From the NCBI GenBank assembly GCA_052327205.1, contig CM126206.1, positions 300,204,001 through 300,268,000 on the forward strand: 64,000 bases of DNA, in the 5' to 3' direction. The stretch comes from Somniosus microcephalus (lineage: Eukaryota). Both the position numbers and the translations under genes were made by a program. A model generated the notes under the pieces. It saw only the letters and a program-made list of their open reading frames with translations. It was not told the origin of the DNA and did no database searches. Numbering within the stretch: the first letter of the stretch is position 1; each line of letters opens with the position of its first letter. Positions 25,141 to 37,865 of the stretch are shown piece by piece.

Positions 25141-25431
25141 CTATGGCTACAAGTGAAAAATTATTTTTTAACCATGGGAAACTTGAATTCTGTTTTCATG
25201 ATAATAGAAGTCAATGCCAGCACAAAATGTTGGGTACTATAGTGTGTCATGTTGGCAGTTGTTCAACACAAGGGAAAGGGAAATAAGAAATACTTTAACT
25301 CAACTCCCAGAATTAATTTGGTAGATTTGGCTCTGTGCAGAAACAAAGCTGTTTGCTGTGGCTGAATTTGATGCATGGACTTTTTTGTCAGTTTGTGATT
25401 TCTCAGTGAATATGTGAAACATTTTCTGCAG

Positions 25432-25528
25432 CAATGTATCCATTCCAGTGGAGAAAACGTCCAAGTGATTTATATCAATATGATTGGCAACAAGATTGGA
25501 GACTTTAAAGATGCAGTTACAGACAGCG
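25432..25528 (+). other. Candidate exon of the rightward transcript from the CpG island
   Basis: attttctgcag| ... GCG|gttagt; one open frame QCIHSSGENVQVIYINMIGNKIGDFKDAVTDS; not recognised. Confidence 0.25.
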
Positions 25529-26029
25529 GTTAGTTGTTAAGATTCAAGTGAACCTCCCAGACCTAGAGGTTTAATTAACAAAACCTAACAAATAATATTT
25601 GTATCACTTAGATAGCCCAGAAATTGCTGTTGCCTTTAAGTCTGATGGCTGTGGTACTGGAATGTTAATAAACAGTAGTGAGTGCTGTCCAAAATTGCTG
25701 TGGAATGAAAGTTGGATCTGTGTGACAGTCATCAAGCTTCTTATTGTCAGCACAACAGCTTGGTAAGAGTGTAGCATACTATATTGCAATGCTGACGCAT
25801 CATCTTGGCCATATGATGTGTTGCTAGTTCTTATATTGAACCGGTGTTGCTGCAGAGGCTACAGTCTGTGACCTGGCATCTTTAGTTAAAATTGAGGTGC
25901 TGCAAAGCACCTTGGGATATTTTACGATGTTAAAGGTGCTATATAAAAGCAAGTTGTTGTTATATACTTCAGTTGAAGTTTATAAATTGCTGTACTAGCA
26001 CTGAACTTGCCAGAGGAGGAGCAACAAGG

Positions 26030-26440
26030 ACAGAAAAAGAAAGACTTGCATTTATATAGCGCATTTCATGTGCTCAGGATGTCCCAAAGCACTTTACAGC
26101 CAATTAGGTACTTTTTGAGGTGTAGTCACTGTTGTATACAAACAGCAATGAGATAATGGCCAGATAATCTGTTTTAGTGTTGTTGGTTGGGGGATAAATA
26201 TTGGCCAGGACACCAGTGAGAACTCCCCTGCTCTTCTTCGAAATAGTACCATGGGATAATTAGGTCCACCTGAGAGGTCAGATGGGGCCTTGGTTTAACG
26301 TCTCATCTGAGGGATGGAACCTCTGACAGTGCAGCACTCCCTCAGTACTCCACTGGAATGTCAGCCTAGATTTTGTGCTCAGTCTTTTTACAGCCAATTA
26401 AGTACTTTGGAAGTGCAGTCACTGTTGTAATGTAGGAAAA
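26030..26440 (-). mobile_element. Deu-domain SINE copy, 5'-truncated
   Basis: Homologous to 24700-25140. Confidence 0.8.
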
Positions 26441-28178
26441 GGGCTGGCCATGATGTCAGGTGTCACTCTAGCGCTACTTAAAGGTGTATTACCTTTTACT
26501 GTTCACTTGCTGCTGGAGGTTTGAAGAGGACTTTTGAAACACATCGGGAGACTTTCTGGGACACTTTGTCAAGACTTCACCAACACTGGAAATTTTCTGA
26601 GGATGTCACCTAAAAAGAGTAAGTGCTGTGCTGCTCGACCCTATTGAAATCCTAACAGGAGTCACCAGGAGAAAGGGACTGCTTGGTCAACGACATCTTG
26701 CTAGGTGGGTACAATTGATTGGGGACGCTGAAGGTAAGCATGCAGGTGCAGCAGGCGGTTAAGAAGGCAAATGGTATGTTGGCCTTCGTAGCAAGAGGGT
26801 TCGAGTACAGGAACAAGGATGTCTTGCTACAGTTGTACAGGGCCTTGGTGAGACCACACCTTGAGTATTGTGTGCAGTTTTGGTCGCCTTACCTGAGGAA
26901 GGACGTTCTTGCCATGGAAAGAGTGCAGCGAAGATTCACCAGGCTGATACCTGGGATGGCAGGAATGACCTATGAGGAGAGATTGTGTCGATTGGGCTTA
27001 TACTCACTGGAGTTTAGAAGATTGAGAGGGGATCTCATCGAAACTTATAAAATTCTGTCAGGCCTGGACAGACTAGATACAGGAAGGATGTTTATGATGG
27101 CCGGGGAGTCCAGAACCAGGGGTCATAGTCTAAGGATAAGGGGTAAACCATTTAGGACTGAAATGAGGAGGAATTTCTTCACCCAGAGAGTGGTGAACCT
27201 GTGGAATTCTCTGCCACAGAGGGCGGTGGAGGCCAGTTCATTAAATATATTCAAGAAGGAGTTGGATATATTTCTTAAGGCTAAAGGGATCAAGGGATAT
27301 GGGGAGAAGGCAGGGACAGGGTACTGAATTTGGATGATCAGCCATGATCTCATTGAATGGCGGAGCAGGCTCGAAGGGCCGAATGGCCTACTCCTGCTCC
27401 TATCTTCTATGTTTCTATGTCCCTCTTGGTCTGGAATGGAAGGAGGAGATGAGGCCAGGCAGAGCAGTACCAGCTGCTGGAGGAGAGAGGGACAGGGGGG
27501 CGAGGAGGGCTCCAGATTTGTGGTGACTTGCTGCATGCTCCACAATCTGGCAATCAGAGAGACCAGCCGTTACCACCAGCAATTGTGCCAGAGGAGCCAG
27601 AGAGGAGGAGGAGAGAGGAACAGGAGGGCAAGGTAGACTCCTTCCCCCCGCAAGTACAGGACATTCTTCCTCTTCTGGATCTCCTTCACCAGGACCTCCA
27701 GTGCCGCGCCCGAGAACCTGTGTGCCCACTCATTCGGTCCCTGAGCCATCCTGAAATGTGCTGGTGTGTGTCAGCCAGCTCACTCCACACCTTCATTAGA
27801 AGTGGGTGCGTGGAGGCCGCATATATTGCTCCATGAAAATTGCATCTAATCAGCGCATGAGTGCTAAACCTGCCAAAATAATCCCCGATATACCTTTAAG
27901 TAGTGCTCAAAATCCTCTGCAAATACTTGTTTACTCCCAATCAGCTGGTTGCTGTTAGGAGAGGGTGTTAGTTCAAGTGCTAGCCACCAAAATGCCATGC
28001 AGCCTCCTTAATGAGCGCTAGCAGGCAATTTAAAGGGCAATCAGCCCCTTAACGATCCTCTGGGCAGCCGTTCCTAGCGCAAGCTTCAACTTCTTTACCA
28101 AGATGGCGATTTGCCCAAGACACCATCTTGGTAAAGGAGACTCTTTAGCGGCTAATGTATTCAAAGAAAATCACCCCC
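26441..28178 (+). mobile_element. Decayed Harbinger element with transposase remnant, interrupted by CR1
   Basis: RFVVTCCMLHNLAIR (~27512-27560) resembles the Harbinger/HARBI1 transposase C-terminus; right end aaaatcaccccc; left boundary uncertain. Confidence 0.55.
26725..27420 (+). mobile_element. 5'-truncated CR1
   Basis: ORF 26719-27327 is the RT C-terminus; tail tctatgtttctatgt. Confidence 0.92.
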
Positions 28179-30874
28179 AGTGTTTCCAAACCATTCTGTT
28201 GTACGCTTTTAATGGTCAGTTCATCAAATACCATCTATTGCCATCTTAAGCTGGGCTTCTGCTTTGGTGCAATTATTTCATCCCTTATGTGGTATGTGAA
28301 TGTTGCCATGATATGCCATCTTGATGCCTCTCTGTGCTTGTGCTTTGTTTTCAAACGTGTGACACCAAACCTACTACTCTTGCTAAGTGATTCTATTATG
28401 GAAGAAGTAATGTGCGATGGCTGGCTGCTTGGTTTAACTGATAGCTTCTCGGATTTGAGGGTCCTAGATCTCCTTGCACTGTGCATTGCAGTGGCCCTGA
28501 ATTTGAGTTGGCACGTACAGAATTTGGTGGTTCACTGGTCCTGCTATGCCTGCTGCACCAGGGGCTTCTGGGGAGTGAGGATTAGGGTGGCGGTGAAGGT
28601 ACCTATTAATTCCATAATGTGTGTCCATCCACTCCCTTACTCCTTGCAGCATAGCTTCCAGCACCTGAGCAGTAAAGCTACCTGCTTTTCCTCACACTTT
28701 AATGGTCCATTCTTCAGCTCCGTTAACAGCTGCCCTGGCTTCCTCATTGCTATTTCAGCACCTAAGTGGACTTCACATCTGATAATGAGCTTGGTTGACT
28801 TGTTATGTGGGAGTTAAAGCCCCTTTCTTTGTAACCCTCAACCCTCAGGAATGCACCAACTGCAATGTGCCGGCTTATATTGAGCCCTAAAATCGCATTT
28901 AAAAAAAAAGAAAACAACTATAAAAATTGGCGTCAAATAATTCTCAAAACACAGTTTGAATACAATACCTTTGCAAATGTCAACAGCTTGTAGAAAGCAG
29001 AAACTTCTATAAATGTCCTTTGCGGCATTCAGTTTAACAATTGTTCTTCCTACAATTGTTAGGCAGCAAGATTGTGCAGAATATGCTAAATTGTATGTGC
29101 CGATACTAAGCACCAAAAAGCAATCCTATCTACTGCTTGGTGCATAGCAAAATGAGAAGGCAAATAATTAATTCAGCACTGTATATTTGCCACCTTCTTG
29201 CACTGAAGGACTTATAAATGTTTGCAAATGTTTTGGTAGCTTGGCTTTTCTAGCAAAAACAGTAAATGACCAGACAACATTTTAGTTCTTGCAATCCAGT
29301 AGTATACTGATAAAGTTCTGATTTATATACTGATAAAGTTCTGATTTCTAATTCCAGCACTCTGGTCACTGGATTCTGCCTTGAAAGAGGGAAAAGAACA
29401 ATATATTTTATGTGATCTTGTTCATGCATATTGCTAGGTGATTAAAGTCGGTCTTCCATCAGCCAAAGGATTTTCCCCAAGGCAGGGTCCTGTCCCACCA
29501 GTCCATGTACCAGGCTTTGTCTGACACTTGGGGTGACAAGAGAATTCAGCTGACTGAGGCTGCAGTATGGTGTGGCAGATGAGTACCAAGGTTGCTATGG
29601 AGATAACAAATACAGCTGAAACTCAAAAGGGCAATTGTTAAACTGGAGGAGTTTGAACGCCAGAGATGCAGCGAGGAATTAAACTAGCGGTAGAAGTCCC
29701 AGATGGAGTGCTAACCCGTTTATAAGGTTGTTGGAAGGAGTTACACATTTAACATGCTAAAGTAATGTTTTACTGATGCCTGGTTTTTGCAGCCAAGCAC
29801 AGGAAAGCCTGCTGTGCTGCACATTATTTATTCAGGAGTCAACCATACACCACTGGGAATAATGGTGCTAAGGGATTTGTCTGTAACATATGCGCTGGTG
29901 TTAATGATGAAAAAATTACCACAACAATTAGACATGGATTGCTAAAGGGAGGGTCGGAACACTCTGGCAATGTGATTAAATCCGTGTATATGACAATTAA
30001 CTCTCCTAGCTTTATTTTGTTGAGAAGGTAGTGAAAAGGGGAAGGGGGGAGAATAACACAAGAAAGGCTGGGTGCAGCTGGTACTATCAATTTTAATCTG
30101 ACATGAAATTAATCACACTGAAATCAATCTATTCTTTATTATCTGATTTTTGTTCCTGATTTATTTACACTTTTTTTTATACTTAGCGAGCAGTGGCTGC
30201 TGCCATAACTAATAAGATGCTTGTATGGGGTTGTGGTGAATATTAAGGGCATGTCCCTTGATATTCCTATTTCTGGTGGTCTGGGGCATTATTAATCTGG
30301 AATAAATCAAGTACCTGTGGAGCAAATGCTGCAGTCAGTTCTCTGGTGCTTTGTAGGAAATCCAGCCAAAATAAACATTTGCTTGTGGAATATGCAGCGT
30401 TATTTTTTTAACAAGCTTCTCTTCAACGAGCTCTAAATTTTGTTGGTAATCACTAGACTAAGCAAATTTTTTCCTAACTCATCAAAGGGAAATTTTTCTG
30501 GGTTTGCTCCCAGGTACATTGAATCATTTGGGCACAAAGAATATCAGAAAATCGGGCGGGTTTCTTTACGCCCTGACCCATCTGAAGAAACCTGCCCAAT
30601 TCTCCAATATTCGTTGAGCCCAGATGTTCCAGTGCACCTGGGTGCTGACCAAGGGAAATCTCTCCTTTAAATTTCTACTTGTGGTGACGTGCTGTCGGTT
30701 GGATGAGTTAGAAGAAAATTCAGTCCCATGATTAGCAACAAAATATAAAACTCTCCGAAGAGGAGCGAGTTAAAAAATCTGCATTTTCACAAGCATATGT
30801 TTTTTTTGGCTGGATTTAGTATGTTTTTACACATTTATTTATTTTTCAGAAGTGATCTATCTGTTAAAGATAAT

Positions 30875-31556
30875 GGCCCAAAAATTACTGTGGCAGGTCA
30901 ACGTACGGCGCCTCTTTAATGGCAACAATATTTTGCGCTGCAAGTTTCTGGAAGTGTGAGATGGAAATGGTGCTGCGCCCACTACATGGCATCTGGGACC
31001 CGAGAGAACATGGCAAGCAACTGTGTATCTCCTTAACTGATCAGATTGAAGGATTGTGAAATTAACAGCGCAAAGACTGAGAAGGAAGTGTAAGTTAGAG
31101 TGTTGAATTCAATGTCAAATCAGGTACAGAGAGAGAAATAGAGAGAGAAAGAAAGATTAGATTAAGAGAGAAAAAGAGACAAAAGGAAAAAGTAAAAAAC
31201 ATTGATTTCAATTTTTTTAAAAATTCTCCAACAACAATTAAAACCTGAAAGAATGAGACTCCACACTTATAATAGTTGATTTTCAGTTCCAAAGAGGTTG
31301 ACTGGCAGTAATTAACACTTATCACGTCGTTAAAAGGGTGCTTAGACTTGAAATAACTTCACTTAACTTTCTTTGGTGAGTTTACTTCATATCTACCGTG
31401 CAAGTACAGCAACTTCACGTTGTTCAATGCATTTGAATCAGAAGTCAGACAGCGAGATGCTGTTTTCGCAAAGCTAACAGCGGAGTGGCTCATCTTTTAG
31501 CTTTTAGATTAGAACACTATTAGCCTCAACATTATTTTGACAGCAGTTTTTGGGCC
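30875..31556. mobile_element. Harbinger-type MITE
   Basis: TIRs ggcccaaaaattactgt / acagcagtttttgggcc. Confidence 0.65.
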
Positions 31557-31574
31557 GTCAAAAAAGCACAAAGG

Positions 31575-31765
31575 AACAGAAATCTGAAATAAAAAGCGAA
31601 AATGCTGGAAATGAGCAGCAAGTCAGTCATCATCTGAAGGAAAAAGACAGGTTACCATTTCAAATGTGACCCTTCATCAAACTGTCCTGAAAAAGGTCTT
31701 GCCTGAAACGTTAACTTATACTTGTCTTTCAGAAACGGATTTACATTTTGAGCATTTTCTGAGTT
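31575..31765. mobile_element. Old Penelope-like inverted pair with two degenerate hammerhead motifs
   Basis: aaatgctggaaatgagcagc…gacccttcatcaaact followed by ctgaaaaaggtcttgcctgaaacgttaact. Confidence 0.55.
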
Positions 31766-31864
31766 TATTTGAATCCTTCTATTATCCTATTTCATTACTA
31801 TGAACCACATCTCAGGTCTTAAGTAGTTTTCTTTCTGATTTATACCCCAAATTTTTAAAAAAAC

Positions 31865-32145
31865 TTATTCATGGATGTGGGCATCACTGGTATTTATTGC
31901 CCATCTCTAATTGCCCTTGAGAAGGTGGTGGTGAGCTGCCGCCTTGAACCGCTGCAGTCCATGTGGTGAAGGTGCTCCCGTAGTGCTGTTAGGGGAGGGA
32001 GTTCCAGGACTTTGACCCAGCGACGATGAAGGAATAGCGATATAGTTCCAAGTCAGGATGGTGTGTGACTTGGAGGGGAACTTGGTGGTGTTCTCATGCG
32101 CTTGCTGCCCTTGTCCTTCTAGGTGGTAGAGATCACAGTTTTGGG
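31865..32145 (-). mobile_element. LINE 3'-end fragment (CR1/L2 group)
   Basis: Reverse complement ends ggttcaaggcggcagctcaccaccaccttctcaagggcaattagagatgggcaataaat; tail shared with the SINE at ~18010-18070. Confidence 0.6.
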
Positions 32146-33325
32146 CACAGTGTTACCATCCTGGCCAACATGTGAAGAAAGTCTGTTTTCTGTAAATGTC
32201 TGGGCTGTGGATTTGTGGTAAATCTGTAATTGAAAATGATCCTCTACGTAATTCCTCTCAAGGCAGCAGTAGATTCCCACCATGAGTCCTAACTATAGTT
32301 TTCCTGCACCCCTCGGCAATGTTGAGGTACAAAATCTCAGTGAATACTGAATTTCCTTTGTATCTAGTAACATGTGCTCTCTTTCTGCCATTACCACACA
32401 GGCACAGAATACAAGTGAGTCTGAGATTTTGCAGTACTCCTCAGGGCAAACTTTGCGACTTTAGTGTTCCCAGCGCAGAGGTTTGCACATCAGGAGTGCC
32501 TATCTGGAATAAAAGGAGATCGTAAGAGGGGTGCCCCCAAATTCCCAATATGCCATTTCAACACACGAGGTGCTCTGCGCCAGGAGCATTAAAGATGACA
32601 ATTTACTCCCTAATATAGATTCATTGCACAGATTCAAGGAGAAGAGGCACCAATCAAGTGGCAAAATTTACACAGATTAAATCTGTTTACCATCAGTTTT
32701 GGACCAGACAATAAAAGTTTGATCTTTAAAATAGAAGTTCATTTTTTCCACTTGCATCTACGTCTCATGACGTAGAGTAATTAATTATTAAAGATTTCAA
32801 TACATTCTCATCAACCAACAAAGGAAACCCCACAGCTTCAACCACAATTTCTCACCCTTCCATGCCCTGCTCCTATACTGCCCTCCTATTGGGTTTTGGT
32901 TTTGGAAAAGAGTGGAAACCCTAAATTTTAGTCCTACAGTACAGCCTTGTAACTTTTGACAGGAAGATGAAAAACCATGAATGAAAGCAAATTCCTGTGA
33001 ATACACAGGAGTTTGATCAGCCTCTGAAACAGACACAAGATGAATGTTTCAAGTGTGACCTTTCATCAGGAAAAAGGAACTATGTTTTCCACCCTGGTAC
33101 ATCTGATTAATATACCAACATAGCCAAAATAATCAGTATGTCAATTTTTTTGCAGAAAGATCTACTGCAGCTGACATATTACCATCCTTTGAGAATTATG
33201 TAATTCCAAATAATTTCAATAAAATGCACAATGCAGTAATAGGCCTGTTTTCCTGAATCAATACTAACAAGTTCCAACAAGTTGCTATTTCTAGACAATT
33301 TTAAAAGTGTGTATATATATATTAT

Positions 33326-33449
33326 GGGATCAGAATGAAAACTCAGTCAAAGAGATATTAAAGTATTAAATATATATATATTACATTGCCATTCCACAAT
33401 TATTTTTAATGCTTTAATAACTCTTTGACTGAGTTTTCGTTTTGATCCC
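33326..33449. repeat. ~125-bp fold-back element with ~45-bp arms
   Basis: gggatcagaatgaaaactcagtcaaagagatattaaagtattaaa vs tttaatgctttaataactctttgactgagttttcgttttgatccc. Confidence 0.85.
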
Positions 33450-34315
33450 CCACTAATCTTTTTAAGTCTCCAGCTCGGAGTTCTCCTGCCCACTGCTTGT
33501 CCCCTCCTCTCCCCATTAATGTGATCTGCAACATTTTTTGATGTTGCTGTTGGAATTAAAACATTTATATATAAAAAGACATCAACCGAGATTATTTAGA
33601 TATAGAACCCAAGATACGGATTGCCATGTGGCATTTTTTAGGTGATGTTAAATGCTTTTCCACCCAGTCAGGGACTAAATCTATTTTTTGTAATGGTCGT
33701 TGAACATGAGATGGATTTTGCTGATAGCACTAAGGCAATCAAACCCTGTTCTTCCTTTGACAGATGCTATTTAGCAAATAGAGTGATGGTCTGTCCTTTA
33801 CCTTTCGCTGCTACAAATCTATGTCTAGAGGTGACTACAGGGGGGTTCCCTACCCTTCCCGAAATAATCAGGGAAAATTCCAAAGAAGCCTTTTGTCTTT
33901 CACTATTCTTTTACTGGTTACTGTCGGCTTCCTTTCTGGTGTCAAGGAGCTAAGTTCTGGTTTTCTTTGTTGGACAGGGCTGAGAGCATTCCACTGATGA
34001 TAGTGTAAATCTTCGGCACTAGGATTTTGATCGGAATGCGATAAACATTCTTTACTCCAGCAAATCTTTTGTTTGCAGTAAGATATTTTATATTAACAAG
34101 CAGACTCCCCAGTGGTGTTGCTCACACAGAGTCAGAGGATTCGGTGTTTTCTAACAATAATCTTATTGTGCCATGTGGAGGTTAACATTACCGTTACTGA
34201 TTTGCAGTGACTGAATAAGTCAAATTCCACTTTTATGACTTGGCATTCTGTGATTTTTAGCGGTGCTTTGAGGATCGAATTTGGTGACTATGTCCACAGT
34301 ATGTAAAAACTGTAA

Positions 34316-35402
34316 GGGGGCAAAATTCAGTTGGTTTGCACCTCCCGTTAGCGCCTTAAGAGGGTGCTAATGGGGCGCAAAGCAACTAGTGCCCGTGCGT
34401 GGCAATGTTTGCGCTGCTCACGAAATTAACTAGACATTTTGCGGCAGCGCTAAACACTACCACCATGATCTCCTGCGCCGGCAGATCGTGATGTCAGTCG
34501 AGTGTGCAACGCCCCGGTAGCGCCCCAGACCAGATATTGAGTGGCGCCCCCTGCCTTACTGCCTGCCGCTAGCAACGACAGGTTGAGGGGAGCGTTTTGC
34601 AGTCAGGAAGGGACTGGGGAGCGCTATTTAAAGGCAACTACCTGCCTTTTTTTGTTGGTGACATTTTTGCACCACGCATTCTGAGACAGAGAGAGAGAGA
34701 CTTCTGGAGAGATTCAACGCTGTGTGAAGGAGTTTTGGGTACTGAGCAGCACTTTGCAGGTTCATTTTGATTTGCCCTTCCTTGTATCGATTTAGAAGAG
34801 ACTGTGGGGGCTGCACTCTGAGCTCTTTCCCTGGGTCTCTCCATTGTTCTTTCCAGCAGATTTGATGTACAGGTCTCTCCAGGCTGAGATTCAAGACTGC
34901 AATGAGCAGGATGTGGATGGAGAGCAAGATCAACCCTCCCCTTTAAAAACTGGCCGGCGCCATTGTGTCTGTGTTCCATTGCTGACTGACATCACATGAA
35001 CTTCGCCAGCGCTCTTGAGGTAGTGTTAGATCCGTGTGTTAATGGAGACACGGAATGCAGGAGTTGATTTAACAAGTGTTTACTGAACAAAGTCTGGAGG
35101 TGAACTAACAACACAAGACGCTACACAGGCTTATATACCCGAGTGGTCACTACTGGTACTACAGTATACAGGGGCTTCAAAAACATAGTTCCTCTTAAAG
35201 GTACATACACTACAATTAGCGCCTCGCTCCTCGGCCTTTGCGCCTTAAGACAGTTGTGAAGCACCTGATTTAGCGCTCCAATCACCTCCAAGGGCGATAA
35301 AAGCCAAGTTTGCAGTCGGAGGCGATAATTAGCGCCAGGAGCTAATCTTTGCGTCCGGCCGATAATTGCGCCCCAAATGGGGCGATACTGAATTTCTCCC
35401 CC
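34316..35402. mobile_element. GC-rich non-autonomous PIF/Harbinger element
   Basis: TIRs gggggcaaaattcagt / actgaatttctccccc; TSD TAA; sister copy in reverse at 62251-63245. Confidence 0.88.
35024..35214. mobile_element. Probable solo LTR (191 bp) nested in the Harbinger element
   Basis: TG…CA ends (tgttag / ctaca); absent from the sister copy at ~62430; flanks ggtag/attag. Confidence 0.65.
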
Positions 35403-35444
35403 TAAGTGTTTTATATATATCCCTTTGCCTATATATTTGGGTGT

Positions 35445-36075
35445 AAGAGGGCGCTAACGGGGCGCAAAGCAACTAGTGCCCGGGTGCGGCACCGCCAACG
35501 CCTCCCGCGAAATTCAGCGGGAGGTTAGCGGCGGCGGTAACTGTTAGCTCCAGCCGCGATCTTTGGTAGCGCCCCCTGACTTACCGCTGGGCACTATACC
35601 TGCGGTCGGGGCGGTGCTAATTAAAGGCGAGGTGCCGAGCAGTCATTTTTGTTGCTGGCCGCCTGCCAGCACCTGCCCCCATTGCCGTTCCCGGCCTCCT
35701 GACCAGTCCCCCCGTGGAGTGCCGGCTGCGCTCCATGAGCCCGGCACTTCTCTTGAGTGCCAGGCTCTTTTGCCGGCACTCTGATCCCTGGTGGCCCAGC
35801 TGGGCCCTGGGTCGCGCTGCGCACGGCCCCTCCCCTTTAAGAAGGGGAGGAAGGCCTGCAGTACCGTGGCGCGACGTGCTGCAGAACGTGGCGCTGCGGC
35901 ACGTAGCGCCGCGATATTCCCTCGCAGCGCCCCAAGAGGGAGGCGGGGTGCTTCCAGTAGTGCCCCGCTTCCCTCTTGGGGCGCTACCGATGAATTTTGG
36001 CCGTGGGGGCGCTAAGAAAAGTAGCGCCCTGGCGAATTTAGCACCCCAAAGAGGGCGCGACTCAATTTTTCCCCC
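35445..36075. mobile_element. Related GC-rich Harbinger MITE, left end truncated
   Basis: Starts with the subterminal block aagagggcgctaacggggcgcaaagcaactagtgccc also seen at ~34358; ends aattttt ccccc. Confidence 0.7.
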
Positions 36076-36211
36076 TTAATTTTTATCACTTACTATTTTT
36101 AAAGCTGAGAATTCACAGCATGAGAATATGAAAGACAGACCAGTTGGAATAACAACAGAAAATGCTGGAAATACTCAGCAGGCCAGGCAGCATCCGTGGA
36201 GAGAGAAACAG

Positions 36212-36248
36212 AGTTAACGTTTCAGGTCTGGGACCCTTCATCAGAACT
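36212..36248 (-). ncRNA. Minimal type I hammerhead ribozyme motif
   Basis: agtt-CTGATGA-agggtc-cca-gacct-GAAA-CG-TT-aact: core boxes, stem II, stem I agtt/aact, palindromic ACGT in place of stem III. Confidence 0.7.
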
Positions 36249-36604
36249 GGAAAAAGCTGGAGATGTAACAGATATTAAGCCGGTGCAGAGACTGGGGGAT
36301 GGGGGTTAGGAGGGGAGGAAGGAATAGAAAGAATACCCTGTACTTTTGTAAGGAACAGCACCTCATCTTTCGATTGTGCACTTTGCAGCCTGCCGGACTC
36401 AACAATGAGTTTAACAATTTCAGATAATTATCCCTGCCCCCATTTTTCATGCAGTATGATTTTTGCCATTCCCATTTGCAACATTTTATCTTTCCTGCCT
36501 CTTACAAAAGTACAGGGTGTTCTTTCTATTCCTTCCTCCCCTCCTAACCTCCCCCCCCCTGTCTCTGCACCTGCTTAATATCTGTTACATCTCCAGCTTT
36601 TTCC

Positions 36605-36641
36605 AGTTCTGATGAAGGGTCCCAGACCTGAAACGTTAACT
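36605..36641 (+). ncRNA. Minimal type I hammerhead ribozyme motif
   Basis: Identical to the copy at 36212-36248, on the opposite strand. Confidence 0.7.
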
Positions 36642-36802
36642 CTGTTTCTCTCTCCACGGATGCTGCCTGGCCTGCTGAGTATTTCCAGCATTTTCTGTTG
36701 TTATTTCAGATTTCCAGCATCCGCAGTATTTTGCTATTACAGACCAGTTGGACTTAGATATCCGATATTTATCAGTGTGGTGGGGGGGGAAGGGGAGTAG
36801 CT

Positions 36803-37007
36803 TCACTGTGAAAGTGGTCCTGATCTTTGATAGCATCGCTCTGGAGGAGCACCCTGAGGTTTGGCAAAACTGGTGGTGGAACGTTGAGGAATGTGGAGTT
36901 TTGGCTGCTGGTGTTTGTCAACAATGAGAGGAGGGAGAGGGTCCCGGTCCGGCAGCCCTGGGAGGTCCAGGTCTGACAGCACTGGTTTGTACGTTTCTAA
37001 GACACCT
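36803..37007 (-). CDS. Terminal coding exon of an unidentified host gene
   Basis: attagtttttgcag|A GGT…; (R)GVLETYKPVLSDLDLPGLPDRDPLPPL…PPERCYQRSGPLSQ*; phase 2 matches the exons at 52183-52259 and 54218-54285; non-repetitive. Confidence 0.8.
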
Positions 37008-37865
37008 CTGCAAAAACTAATTTCAGTGCTTTCTGATTGGTTCCTGGATGTTTGTTTCTTTTCTTTCTCTCGCAACTGTCACTGATTACAATGCTTACAT
37101 TTTCTAACTCTTAACAAATCACAGCTAATGCTGATTAAAATCTTTGTTTGCTTGAGAGGCTTTCAAAATTCAATTCATTTGTTCTTTATATTTTGAAAAA
37201 GAGAAAAAGAACTCCATTTAAGACGAGGAAAGACATTGGATTTTCCATTTCAGTGCTCCCTAGCCTGTGATTTCTGCACATTCATTTTAATGGATGGAAA
37301 ATCATGGGCTGGAAAATCACAGCCACTGTTTCTCTGTCTGCCTTCCTGCCTGAGTCTCTGATTTGCTATCTCTGTCTCTATTTCTGTTGTAAATTAAATA
37401 ATAAGAATGCCTTTGGTGTGGAGGGGGCCCATGCCAGCTGTACACAAGCACCCGATGCATTAAAGATAATTTATTAGTTAAAATAATATCCGATCCGTAA
37501 GATACCCGATGTAGACCAACTATTCAATTGGAAGTGTCAAACCAGTGAATATCTAATTCCCAATTAATTTGAACCGCAGAACAGAGGGAGTCACTGACTT
37601 TGATTAATCCGCAATATTTATTCAATTACGCGATTAGCTACTAGCTAACCTTTCCTGCATTTGCTTAAATTACATACTCATGTTCATGTATACTTATGCC
37701 CATGTGCACCACAACTACTACTTCTTTTGGAGATGATCATCTTCTAGCATGCTGTGTTTTCTCTTGTTCGACAACAATGATTTCACCAAAGGCTTTTATA
37801 ACTCACTTGTTATGAACAGTGCCCATGGCTTACTTGTTGTATTTGGACGATAACGCCAGAAATCT

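Larger units (their letters stand above)
36149..36738 (+). mobile_element. Young Penelope-like insertion: ORF C-terminus, terminal repeat, and an inverted terminal-repeat copy
   Basis: 14-bp TSD acagaccagttgga (36135-36148, 36739-36752); 36353-36427 encodes EQHLIFRLCTLQPAGLNNEFNNFR*, like the end of a PLE GIY-YIG domain; arms 36149-36352 and 36501-36704 nearly identical in reverse. Confidence 0.88.

Noticed and set aside
33866-34092. ~75-codon stop-free frame on the minus strand (…LSHSDQNPSAEDLHY…)
   Set aside because: No start codon or clear acceptor, lies downstream of the host stop codon, and the length is compatible with chance.
34628-34979. Similar ORFs at 34638-34979 and 62737-63111 as a duplicated small gene
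   Set aside because: Both lie inside sister copies of the same Harbinger MITE, with indels between them.
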